Origin: an uncultured Pseudomonadota bacterium
GTDB lineage: Bacteria > Oederibacteriota > Muellerivitia > Muellerivitales > Muellerivitaceae
NCBI GenBank assembly: GCA_963770835.1
Contig: CAVYRH010000005.1
Coordinates: 96,001 to 160,000 of the forward strand
DNA: 64,000 nucleotides
Direction: 5' to 3'
The translations under genes and the position numbers were made by a program. This document shows, in pieces, positions 42,244 through 51,654 of this stretch (its first letter is position 1; each line of letters starts with the position of its first letter). The notes beneath the pieces were generated by a model, which did no database searches, was not told the DNA's origin, and saw nothing but the letters and a program-made list of their open reading frames with translations.

Positions 42244-42834
42244 ATGAAAATTACCTTTAAATCCCAATGGGCGCGTTATTTTCTTCTGCTGCTGGCGGTG
42301 GGGGTCGTGGTTTTGACGTTTCGCCTTTTTCACCGACCTCCTCAACTTGAACCTCTTCATTCCCAAAACCAGTCGCCACTCTACGAAGTGGGGGACAAAC
42401 CTATGACCATTTATACCAAGGGAATGGCTTTGGAAAACGGGAAGATGATCAATTTTGCTGCCACCATCCGCCAAAGCAAAAGCCGGGTCAACCAGATGAA
42501 ACAGGCTGTCCTGGCTTATTTGAATGGGCCCCGCGAAGGAAAGATTCAGGTTCCCGTTCCCGAGGGAACAGCCCTTAATGAGTTTTATTTTACGCCCAAT
42601 GGCACGGCCGTCGCAGACCTGTCTCTTGCCCAGGTCAAAAAGGAAAAAGTTGGCTTTTATGAGGAGGCGCTTTTTGTGAGGGGGCTTATCGACACCCTCA
42701 CCGGCAATTTTTTCGAGGTCAAGCAGGTCAAAATATTAGTGGATGGCCAGGACCAGCCCACCCTCTTCGGCCATTACGCACTTGGCACTTCGGAAGCTTC
42801 CATGTCGGTTACGGAAAGCCCGAATAAATATTAA
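42244..42834 (+). CDS. GerMN-domain protein
   Basis: N-terminal TM; 'YLNGP...VPEGT...AVADLS...TLT...VKQVKILVDGQ...TLFGH'. Confidence 0.8.
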   Translation: MKITFKSQWARYFLLLLAVGVVVLTFRLFHRPPQLEPLHSQNQSPLYEVGDKPMTIYTKGMALENGKMINFAATIRQSKSRVNQMKQAVLAYLNGPREGKIQVPVPEGTALNEFYFTPNGTAVADLSLAQVKKEKVGFYEEALFVRGLIDTLTGNFFEVKQVKILVDGQDQPTLFGHYALGTSEASMSVTESPNKY

Positions 42835-42882
42835 ATCCGAATCATTGGGTTCTCATGTGGTAAAAAACTTCAGGATGGTTTA

Positions 42883-45546
42883 ATGGAAACTAAAAATGCC
42901 GAAAACGTATTTCCCCCCGTTTACGAGCCCAAGGCGGTGGAGAGCCGCTGGTACGAGGAATGGGAGGCTTCGGGGTTTTTTACGGCCTCTACGGCGACGG
43001 ACAAACCGGCTTTCAGCATGGTGATACCGCCTCCCAACGTCACGGGTAACCTTCACCTCGGCCACGCCCTCAATAACACCCTGCAGGATATGCTGGCGCG
43101 GTTCAAACGAATGCAAGGGTTCAACGTGATGTGGCTCCCGGGTTGTGACCACGCGGGTATTGCCACCCAAAACGTTGTGGAAAGAGAACTGAAGAAGGAA
43201 GGCAAGACCCGCTACGACCTGGGCAGGGAAGCTTTCGTTAGGCGCACTTGGGAATGGAAGGAAAAGTACGGCGCCACCATCATGCGGCAGTTGCGGAAGT
43301 TGGGCTGTTCCCTGGATTGGAGCCGCGAACGCTTTACCATGGACGAGGGCCTTTCCAAGGCTGTTCGAAAGGTCTTCATCGACCTTTACCAGGAAAAACT
43401 CATCTACCAGGACTATTATCTCATCAGCTGGTGTCCCCGTTGTCAAACCGCCCTTTCGGACATCGAAGTGGAGCACAAGACGGTACAGGGGAATTTTTAC
43501 CACATCCGCTATCCCTTCGTGCACGACCCGGGCGACGGCCTGGTAGTCGCCACCACGCGCCCCGAAACCCTCCTGGGGGACACGGCCGTGGCGGTTAATC
43601 CTGAAGACGACCGTTACGCCGGGTTGGAAGGAAAATCCTTAGATCTTCCTTTGGTCCACCGCCGCATTCCCATCATTATGGACGGATCGGTGGACAAGGA
43701 ATTCGGCACGGGCGCGGTCAAGATTACGCCCGCCCACGACTTCAATGACTTCGCAATGGGCAACCGGCATCAGCTTCCCCGCGTCAACATCCTGAATCCC
43801 GACGGCACCTTGAACGAGAACGCGGGCCCCTATAAAGGGATAACCGTTGCGACCGCGCGCAAAAAAGTCGTGGAGGACCTGGAAGCCCAGGGGTTGCTGA
43901 TCAAGGTTGAACCTCACGAGCATAATGTGGGCCATTGTTCCCGCTGTGGCACGGTGGTGGAGCCTTATTATTCCAAACAATGGTTCGTCCGCATGAAACC
44001 CCTGGCTGAGGAGGCCTTGAAGGCCGTTGAACAGGGAAAAACCCGATTCACCCCCGAGGCTTGGCGTGGTGAATTTGACAAATGGCTTAATAATATTCAC
44101 GATTGGTGCATCAGCCGTCAATTATGGTGGGGGCATCGCATTCCGGTTTATACCTGCGGTGTTTGCCAAACCCAGGTGGCGGCGGAGGAAGCGCCAAAAG
44201 CCTGCCCCCAGGGCCACGAGGGGCAGATGGAGCAAGACCCTGACGTCCTAGACACCTGGTTTTCCTCCGGCCTTTGGCCCTTTTCCACGCTCGGCTGGCC
44301 TGAAAAGACAAAGGACTTGGAGCTTTTCTACCCGACTTCGGTCCTGGTAACCTCCTGGGACATCCTCTTTTTCTGGGTGGCCCGGATGATGATGATGGGC
44401 CTCAAATTCATGGGAAAGGTCCCCTTCCACGAGGTTTACATGTATTCCCTGGTGGCCGACGCCGAGGGAAAGAAGATGAGCAAGTCCAAGGGAAACGTGG
44501 TGGACCCGCTCGACTTGATCGACCAATACGGCACCGACGCCCTGCGTTTCACACTCGCTTCCATTGAAACCAAACAGCGCTACGTCGCCCTGACGCCCCA
44601 AAAATTGGAATCCTCCCGGAATTTCGTAAACAAGCTTTATAACGCAACCCGTTTTGTCTTAATGGGGATCGCCGAAGGAGTAGAAGTAAAGACCCTTTCC
44701 AAGGAAGACTACGTCCACCTCAAACTGGAAGACCGGTGGATCCTGACCCGCCTTTCCGAAGTGGCGGGAGAGGTGACCCGGGATTATGACAAGTACCGGG
44801 TGGCCGAACTTTCCCAGACCCTTTACCGCTTTGTGTGGAATGAGTTCTGCGACTGGTACCTGGAATGCATTAAACCCCGCCTTTACACGGAAGCCGGCTC
44901 GATGGAAAAACGCCTGGCAGCTTCAGTAGTGATGACGGTGCTGGATGGCATTTTGAGGCTGCTCCATCCCGAAATGCCCTTCGTGACGGAGGAACTCTGG
45001 CATAAACTTCCAGGTCGGTCGGAGACGATTATGAAGGCCCCTTGGCCCAAATCTTCGGATTTTCCCACAAATGAAGCAGCGGTTAAAGATTTCGCCTTCC
45101 TGCAGGATATCGTGACCGCTGTGCGGACCAGCCGAAGTGAGCTATCGGTACCTCCCTCGGCCATGGTGAAGCTTTCCACCCATGGGAACGGCGTAAAGTT
45201 CGCATCCTCTTCTCCCGCGGTTTCTTTATTGAAGACACTGTGCCGCGTGAGTGAATTATCGGAAGCAGACAAGCGCCCTTTGAAGACGGCTTTGGCGGTT
45301 GTTAAAGATGGGGAATTGTACGTTCATTTGGAAGGTCTCATCGATTTGAAAGCCGAGGCCGCTAAGCAAGAGAAAGAACGGCAGAAACTGGAAAAATACG
45401 TTCAATCCATCAGTGGGAAATTAGCTAATGACCAGTTCGTCAAAAACGCCCCTGCGGAATTGGTGGAGGCGGAAAAGGCCAAATTGCAGGAAGCCAAAGA
45501 CAAGATTACCCGCATTGACCACAATTTGAAGTTCCTCGAAAGCTAA
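42883..45546 (+). CDS. valS: Valine--tRNA ligase
   Basis: [33 protein letters not shown] and a C-terminal coiled coil. Confidence 0.98.
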   Translation: METKNAENVFPPVYEPKAVESRWYEEWEASGFFTASTATDKPAFSMVIPPPNVTGNLHLGHALNNTLQDMLARFKRMQGFNVMWLPGCDHAGIATQNVVERELKKEGKTRYDLGREAFVRRTWEWKEKYGATIMRQLRKLGCSLDWSRERFTMDEGLSKAVRKVFIDLYQEKLIYQDYYLISWCPRCQTALSDIEVEHKTVQGNFYHIRYPFVHDPGDGLVVATTRPETLLGDTAVAVNPEDDRYAGLEGKSLDLPLVHRRIPIIMDGSVDKEFGTGAVKITPAHDFNDFAMGNRHQLPRVNILNPDGTLNENAGPYKGITVATARKKVVEDLEAQGLLIKVEPHEHNVGHCSRCGTVVEPYYSKQWFVRMKPLAEEALKAVEQGKTRFTPEAWRGEFDKWLNNIHDWCISRQLWWGHRIPVYTCGVCQTQVAAEEAPKACPQGHEGQMEQDPDVLDTWFSSGLWPFSTLGWPEKTKDLELFYPTSVLVTSWDILFFWVARMMMMGLKFMGKVPFHEVYMYSLVADAEGKKMSKSKGNVVDPLDLIDQYGTDALRFTLASIETKQRYVALTPQKLESSRNFVNKLYNATRFVLMGIAEGVEVKTLSKEDYVHLKLEDRWILTRLSEVAGEVTRDYDKYRVAELSQTLYRFVWNEFCDWYLECIKPRLYTEAGSMEKRLAASVVMTVLDGILRLLHPEMPFVTEELWHKLPGRSETIMKAPWPKSSDFPTNEAAVKDFAFLQDIVTAVRTSRSELSVPPSAMVKLSTHGNGVKFASSSPAVSLLKTLCRVSELSEADKRPLKTALAVVKDGELYVHLEGLIDLKAEAAKQEKERQKLEKYVQSISGKLANDQFVKNAPAELVEAEKAKLQEAKDKITRIDHNLKFLES

Positions 45547-45558
45547 ACAGAAAACCGA

Positions 45559-46446
45559 ATGAATCCCCAAAGCCCTAAGACGCAGAAAACGGCCAGGAAA
45601 TCTTATAAAGAATTGGATTTCACGAAAATCAGACCCCTGTTGAAGCAAGCTCTTCTGGAAGACGGAGCCTGGTTCGACCGAACCACCTATGCCACGGTTA
45701 CGTCCCGGATTCCTGCCCAAGGGGAGGTAATCGCCAAGGGTGAAGGTGTCCTGGCCGGATTGCCGGTCATGGCCGAGACCTTCAAGCTGCTGGACCATCG
45801 GTGCCGTTTGAAAGCACTGGTCAGGGAAGGTTCCCGGGTTCGCGGGGGAATGAAAGTGGCGGAATTGAGGGGGTTCGCCCGGCCGCTTTTGAGCGGAGAA
45901 CGGGTGTCTTTAAACCTCTTAAGCCGTCTTTCGGGCATCGCAACCTTTACCCGCCGATTCGCCGACAAGATCAAAGGCCCCCGGCTCTACGATACCCGCA
46001 AAACGACCCCCCTTTGGCGCGTCCTGGAACGATACGCCGTGCGCACGGGGGGCGGCCAAAACCATCGGTTCAACCTGGCCGGTCACGTGTTGATCAAGGA
46101 CAATCATTTGAGGCTAGGGGGCGGGGTTTACGCCTGCGTCAAGGCGGCCCGAAAGCTGTATGGCAAAGGGGAATTCATTGAGGTGGAAGTCGAAAACTTC
46201 GATCAAGCCTCCGAGGCTTTGAGGGCCGGCGCGGATATCCTGCTGGTGGACAACGCTTCGCCCAAGACCTTCGATAGAATCCTCAAACTGGTTCAGGGTA
46301 AGACACAAGTGGAAGTTTCCGGTGGCCTGACCTTAAAGAACATCGGCCAATACTCCCGTCTGCCCGTAGACCGATTTTCGTCGGGCGCCCTTACGCATTC
46401 GGCTCCCTCCCTCGATTTTTCCATTGAGCTTTATCCAACTCGGTAG
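45559..46446 (+). CDS. nadC: Nicotinate-nucleotide pyrophosphorylase (carboxylating)
   Basis: SGIAT, DTRKTTP, NHR, LIKDNH, EVEV and GALTHSAP. Confidence 0.94.
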   Translation: MNPQSPKTQKTARKSYKELDFTKIRPLLKQALLEDGAWFDRTTYATVTSRIPAQGEVIAKGEGVLAGLPVMAETFKLLDHRCRLKALVREGSRVRGGMKVAELRGFARPLLSGERVSLNLLSRLSGIATFTRRFADKIKGPRLYDTRKTTPLWRVLERYAVRTGGGQNHRFNLAGHVLIKDNHLRLGGGVYACVKAARKLYGKGEFIEVEVENFDQASEALRAGADILLVDNASPKTFDRILKLVQGKTQVEVSGGLTLKNIGQYSRLPVDRFSSGALTHSAPSLDFSIELYPTR

Positions 46447-46489
46447 CCTGCCCGCCGTGGCAAAGGGATCAAATCGAGAGACGAAGCGC

Positions 46490-46846
46490 TTACGAATTGT
46501 GTTTCAAGAATAAAGCCAGCGCCTTGGAGTCTCTTTCTTTCATAGCTAAAAACTTGAGTCCGGCGGCGGAGCCGGTGGCCCAAATAACATCCACAAAAGC
46601 CGAGAGGGGATCCACGCGGTCGGGAATTAGGACTTGAACATTCAGAATCTTGCCCACTGCCAGGCGGCCGTCCTGGGGTATGCTAAGCCCTCCCTGACTG
46701 GCGTCCCTGGTTTTGACTTCTCGATCGACTGAATTTACATTGAGGATTTTCCGCCCCTCGGTGGTTTCACCCACCAACCGGTAGAGCACCGGAAGTTTTA
46801 CCGCCGCCCTGGGATGAAGCCGTTTTTCTGGTGCCTTCTTTTTCAT
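46490..46846 (-). CDS. Stand-alone PilZ-domain protein
   Basis: ATG 46846 follows GGAGGG; 'EKRLHPR' (RxxxR) and 'DASQGG' (DxSxxG); the longer 210-aa ORF extension is probably non-coding. Confidence 0.85.
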   Translation of the reverse strand: MKKKAPEKRLHPRAAVKLPVLYRLVGETTEGRKILNVNSVDREVKTRDASQGGLSIPQDGRLAVGKILNVQVLIPDRVDPLSAFVDVIWATGSAAGLKFLAMKERDSKALALFLKHNS

Positions 46847-47175
46847 TTTTACCCTCCGCTTGAAACAACAGCTCCTTACGCTATAGGCGTCATTCGCCAT
46901 CAAAAACAAGCCTCCAGTGCGTGGTTTAAAGGGATAAAAAAGAGCACCGTTTACTGGCCGATTATTTTTGTCTTCATCTCCCTCACAACGTTTTCGAGCC
47001 CTGCCGTAAATCGATATGACCGCGAGAAGCTGTGGAAGGCAATCATTGAGATTAAATCGAGCGCTGATTTTTGCAGACCGGTGTTGAAAAATTAAAAAAG
47101 AAAGTGGCACGATAAACCCCATCTCAATTCATCGGGATACCCCTGGAACCAGGCGCGCATTTGAGGGAGGGGATC

Positions 47176-47622
47176 ATGCTAATAGATCCGCAAGGCACGG
47201 CCGGAACGGCCGAAATTCTACTGGTGGACGACAATCCGACGGACGTTTTTTTCATCCAGGGGGTGCTCAAGCACAGCCGCCGCCCGGTGCGCGTCGGGGT
47301 AGTCCCTGACGCGGAAAACGCCCTGGCCCGCCTCCGCCACGAAGGACAGTATCTACACGCCGTTGATCCAAACTTAGTCCTCATCGACTTGAACCTTCCT
47401 GGCAAGAACGGGTGGGCTGTCCTGACGGAAATCAAAAATAATCCCCGTTTACGCCATATCCCGGCAGTGGTCGTCACAGGTTCGGGAACTATCGAGGACG
47501 TCTACCATTCCAAGCAATTGAGGGCGGATTATTACCTCGTCAAGCCCATGAAGATAACGGAGTTTCCCATGCTCCTCAAGACCGTGGACTGGCTTTTAGA
47601 AGGAGTCTACCGGCCTCGGTAG
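47176..47622 (+). CDS. Single-domain response regulator (Rcp1-like receiver)
   Basis: ILLVDDN, 'LIDLNLPGKNG', VVTGS and YLVKP. Confidence 0.9.
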   Translation: MLIDPQGTAGTAEILLVDDNPTDVFFIQGVLKHSRRPVRVGVVPDAENALARLRHEGQYLHAVDPNLVLIDLNLPGKNGWAVLTEIKNNPRLRHIPAVVVTGSGTIEDVYHSKQLRADYYLVKPMKITEFPMLLKTVDWLLEGVYRPR

Positions 47623-47685
47623 GTAATAAGTTGGGGAAGTGTTTTTCCTGTAAATCTCCCCCATAATCCGTTATTTTCTTTTCCC

Positions 47686-48507
47686 ATGACACCTTCCTCT
47701 ACCGACCTCCTAACGCCCGCAATGATCCTGACGGGCTTGAAGACCCGCCACTTCGGCCGGAACCTACTGTGCCTCGAAAAAACCACCTCCACCAATGATG
47801 TGGTGGCCGAACTGGCCCGGCAAGGCGCGCCGGAGGGGACGGTCGTGGCCGCTGAAATGCAGAACAAGGGCCGAGGCCGCCAGGGACGCCGATGGAATTC
47901 CACGGAAGGAAAATCCCTGGCTTTTTCCATCCTTTTGCGTCCCAACCTTCATGCAGATGAATTATCCGAAATCACCTTGGCAGCGGCCGTGGCAGTCGCC
48001 AAAACCTTAGAAGATTTTCACTTCAAACCCCAAATCAAATGGCCCAATGACCTTCTGCTGGATGGAAGAAAGGTTTGCGGCATTTTGACCGAAATAGGCC
48101 CCAAAAAAGATAGAATGGCCTCCGTGGTGCTGGGGATAGGGATCAATCTCAATCAAAGTGCGCGTGATTTTCCGAAAGAACTTAGGGAAATCGCCGTCAG
48201 CCTTTACCGCATTACGGGCCGGAAAACCAATCGAGCCCGTTTTTTTCAAAAGCTGTTGCTACACCTGGAAGAAAACTACCAAAGGGTTTTGGAGCGGCAT
48301 TTTTCCAAGGTCCTGGCGGAATGGCGCAAAAAGGCCGTGACCTTGGGCCAGCAAGTGAAAGTGATCCAAGGACATCAGGTTTTTTATGGGCAAGCTGTCG
48401 ACGCCGATGAAAAGGGAGCGCTTTTGGTGAGAAACGACTTAGGGATGATCGAACGAGTCACATCGGGAGACGTTCAAGTATTGCAATTGGGAAATTCAAA
48501 GAGGTAA
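47686..48507 (+). CDS. birA: Biotin-protein ligase (no N-terminal HTH)
   Basis: STND, QNKGRGRQGRRW, KWPND and KVCGIL. Confidence 0.93.
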   Translation: MTPSSTDLLTPAMILTGLKTRHFGRNLLCLEKTTSTNDVVAELARQGAPEGTVVAAEMQNKGRGRQGRRWNSTEGKSLAFSILLRPNLHADELSEITLAAAVAVAKTLEDFHFKPQIKWPNDLLLDGRKVCGILTEIGPKKDRMASVVLGIGINLNQSARDFPKELREIAVSLYRITGRKTNRARFFQKLLLHLEENYQRVLERHFSKVLAEWRKKAVTLGQQVKVIQGHQVFYGQAVDADEKGALLVRNDLGMIERVTSGDVQVLQLGNSKR

Positions 48508-48509
48508 GC

Positions 48510-49259
48510 ATGATTTGGGCGGTTTTGATCGGCAATACCCGCTGTGTTTCGGCCTTGATGGAAGGAACAAAGGTCCTGAAGCGAAAAGTGATTCCCACCG
48601 ACGCTTTGCGAAAGGATGACAGCGTCCTGGCATGGGCCCGTGCCCTCCGAAAAATTTCCGCCTCCGAGAGGGTGCTCGTTGCCAGTGTTGTTCCACCCGT
48701 GGATAAAAACGTGAGAAAATCCATTCGGGCGGTTTTCGGCCATTCCCCGATATTCGTAACCGCTAAAAGTTCATTGGGCATCAAGGTCAAGGTCAAGAAG
48801 CCCGCCCAGGTCGGGGCCGACCGTCTAGCCAATGCCGTAGCCGCCAAGGAACTTTACGGTGCACCTTCCATCGTGGTGGATTTCGGCACCGGCACCACCT
48901 TTGACGTGGTGGACAAGAGCGGGGCCTATTGCGGCGGCGCGATTCTTCCCGGTGTGGGCATCTCCCTCCGGGCATTGCACGATTTCACGGCCAAGATCCC
49001 GCTGGTCCAATTCCAACCGGTGCGTTACGTCATCGGCAAGACCACCGAGGAAGCCGTCCGGTCCGGCATTTATCACGGCGCCATCGGCACGACACGCGAA
49101 CTCTTGGTGGGAATCCGAAAGGAATTGGGTGTGATGGCTCCGGCCGTGGCCACAGGTGGATGGTGCCGGGTTTTCAAGGGAACCAAGATATTTCCGCATA
49201 TTGAGCCGGACCTAACCCTCAAGGGTCTGGCCCTTATCTGGCGCAACCATAATGCGTAA
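48510..49259 (+). CDS. coaX: Type III pantothenate kinase
   Basis: GNT, SVVP, VGADR, VDFGTGTTFD, GGAILPG and ATGG; follows birA. Confidence 0.9.
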   Translation: MIWAVLIGNTRCVSALMEGTKVLKRKVIPTDALRKDDSVLAWARALRKISASERVLVASVVPPVDKNVRKSIRAVFGHSPIFVTAKSSLGIKVKVKKPAQVGADRLANAVAAKELYGAPSIVVDFGTGTTFDVVDKSGAYCGGAILPGVGISLRALHDFTAKIPLVQFQPVRYVIGKTTEEAVRSGIYHGAIGTTRELLVGIRKELGVMAPAVATGGWCRVFKGTKIFPHIEPDLTLKGLALIWRNHNA

Positions 49260-51594
49260 TATTGAGGAAATCGCCGCCGAGGAGGAGTCGCGGGCCCGGC
49301 AAGTTTTGCGGTCGCGGCTGAACTTCCTTTTCCGTTATACCGGTCTAGGTTTGTGCCTGTGGGGCTGGGTTCTTTTCGAGCGCGGCGAGATGGGGAAGGG
49401 TGCCTTACTGGTGACGGCCGCCTTCCTCCTTTGGGCCCTCGGCTGGGGCATCCTACAGGTGTTCCGTGGAACCTTTCCCTCGGTTTTTGCCGGTGTTTTT
49501 TCCTTCGCCTTCTCCTTCGGCCTCTATTTCCTCACGCGTCTGCCGTCCTTTTACTGGGGAAGCGACCCGGTCTTTTGGCTGTCGGTACACGCGGGAGCCG
49601 TTAACGAACCTGCCTGGTCCCCCTTAAGTTATCTTTTGGGGCAGGCAGTCTGTTTTCTCCTGCCCGCCCTCCAATTTTCGATCTTGCCGGTCTTGTCCGC
49701 CACGACTCTCGCGGCGGCCCTTTATTTTTTGGCCCAAGAATATTTCTACCAGTTGAAAAACAAAACCCTCCTGGGCCTCCTCTGGGTCCTGGCGGTTTGC
49801 GCGGTCCTGGCCGTCAGTGCCCCCTTTTGGGACAACGGAACCCTTGGATCGGGTTTGGTGGCTTCGTTGGGTTTCCTCTTCCTCGTCTTCCAACGGGTGC
49901 TTCTGAACCTGGAAGAAAGGCCTTGGAAGGCCCTTTATTTCATCCTTGGCTTGCTTTGGTCTGTCCATCCTCTTTGGGGCCTTTTGGGTCTTTTATGCCA
50001 CCTGGGCTCCATGGACTTGGATGGTAAAAGGTTCAAGGACAATCTTCCGCCATTGCTGGCGGGTCTCACCCCTTATTTTTGGCTCCTGTTTAGGGCGGGA
50101 CGTTTTTTTCCTTCTTGGGGGGGAGCCCACCCCTTTTCACAAATATTGGGGGCTGGATGGCCTTCCTTGAATCCGGAATTATTTCCGGACGCCATAAAGG
50201 TTTTGGGATGGACCACGGCCCTTTTGGCAGGCCTTGCGGCCTTGTCCTGGTTCCTGAATTTTTTCAAATGGAAAACGGGTTGGAAGATTCAATTTTCGGC
50301 CTTGGATTTTTGGGTTTGGATCGCCGCTGGTGTGGGATGCATTCTCTTTTACTCGCCTTCTGCCGGCGCACCAGGATTGACGTCCCTTTGGTTTCTTGCC
50401 GGTTTGGGCGGCGGCTTTCTGAAGCTCCTCGAAAAAGGGGTTGAAAAACGCCAAGGAACTTTCTTTTCGAGTGGATCCCTGGCGTGGTTAGGTTCGTTGG
50501 GGCTTGTCCTAGCCTTTGGATTGGCCTGGTTACCCGGGCAAGGGCCCTTGATACGGCAGGCTTATTTTCCGGAACAACACGCGTTGAACTTATTGAAAAG
50601 CCTGAACCCCAAGGCCCTGCTCATTTGTGAGGACCCCTTTGACGCCGCCGCCTGCCGCGAAGCACGCCTGATGGAACCAACGGCTTTAGACGCCATCCTA
50701 TTGGACGAAGGTTACCTCGACCAAAGGTGGTATGTGGCCCAGGTGATGGAAAAAGCTCATGAAATCCTTTTTTCCAATATCACCGGGCCTCCCGAGGAGG
50801 TTTTAAAAAGAATTGTTTTGGACAACCGGGATTTGTGGGATATCCATTGGGACCAATCCCAATTACCGGCGGATTGGAAAGGCCCGCCGGCAGCCCCGAC
50901 TGTCCTGACCCAAGAATTCACCGGCCCGGTAACGAACGCTTATGATCCAGAAAAGGCTCAATACCAATTCGATTTGACGGCGTTGCCGGAAGCCGGCAAG
51001 ATCCCGGGCCGCCGGAGTTTTACTTATTTTTCCCGTTATGTCACCGGGTTTGATGAATTGGGGAAGTACCTGATGAGCCAGAGCCACTATTCGGCCGCGA
51101 TCCATGCCTTTGAAAGGTCAGTCAAGCTGGACCCCACCTTCCAGGAGCCCCAAAGCTTCCTTTCCCAAATGTATTCTAAGCAGAATATCCTGGAGGCCGC
51201 CCGCCTCGAGTTTGAGAAGATTGTCAAAGCCAATCCCCAAAAAATCAGCGCACTCATGAAGCAGATGGGCGAGCTAAAGGACTCCCGGGATGAATCTAAA
51301 ACCGTGGAGTTGTTGGATGAGATGATCCATTTGAATTCCGAACTAGCCGATGGCCAATACCAGTTGTCCAAGATTTACAGTCAGCAGGGTCGTTCCTGGG
51401 AATCCAAGTCCCTTTTGGAATCATCGATTAATTTGAATCCTCAGCAGCTAGAAGCCCAAATGACCATGGGACATCTGATGGCCCGCATGGGGAACCGTAT
51501 CAAGGCCGAGGAAGCATTCCGCGCGGTTTTGGAGATAGACCCGCAAAATAAAGAGGCACAGGTTGAAATTTGGAAGCTGCTGAACAAGCCGTGA
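49252..51594 (+). CDS. Polytopic membrane protein, degenerate DUF2723/TMEM260-like, with C-terminal TPRs
   Basis: More than 10 TM helices; layout parallels the next gene ('SPLSYLLG', 'LLKSLNPKALLICEDPFD'); TPRs in the last ~190 aa. Confidence 0.6.
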   Translation: MRNIEEIAAEEESRARQVLRSRLNFLFRYTGLGLCLWGWVLFERGEMGKGALLVTAAFLLWALGWGILQVFRGTFPSVFAGVFSFAFSFGLYFLTRLPSFYWGSDPVFWLSVHAGAVNEPAWSPLSYLLGQAVCFLLPALQFSILPVLSATTLAAALYFLAQEYFYQLKNKTLLGLLWVLAVCAVLAVSAPFWDNGTLGSGLVASLGFLFLVFQRVLLNLEERPWKALYFILGLLWSVHPLWGLLGLLCHLGSMDLDGKRFKDNLPPLLAGLTPYFWLLFRAGRFFPSWGGAHPFSQILGAGWPSLNPELFPDAIKVLGWTTALLAGLAALSWFLNFFKWKTGWKIQFSALDFWVWIAAGVGCILFYSPSAGAPGLTSLWFLAGLGGGFLKLLEKGVEKRQGTFFSSGSLAWLGSLGLVLAFGLAWLPGQGPLIRQAYFPEQHALNLLKSLNPKALLICEDPFDAAACREARLMEPTALDAILLDEGYLDQRWYVAQVMEKAHEILFSNITGPPEEVLKRIVLDNRDLWDIHWDQSQLPADWKGPPAAPTVLTQEFTGPVTNAYDPEKAQYQFDLTALPEAGKIPGRRSFTYFSRYVTGFDELGKYLMSQSHYSAAIHAFERSVKLDPTFQEPQSFLSQMYSKQNILEAARLEFEKIVKANPQKISALMKQMGELKDSRDESKTVELLDEMIHLNSELADGQYQLSKIYSQQGRSWESKSLLESSINLNPQQLEAQMTMGHLMARMGNRIKAEEAFRAVLEIDPQNKEAQVEIWKLLNKP

Positions 51595-51654
51595 TGGAAA
51601 TTTGTTTCGTGAAACTCGGGTAGGGAATAACGCCACCCTGAGCTAAAATGATCT

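Noticed and set aside
46814..47122. 93-aa plus-strand ORF and N-terminal extension of the PilZ ORF
   Set aside because: No motif; a strong RBS supports the PilZ start at 46846, so this is probably a divergent promoter region
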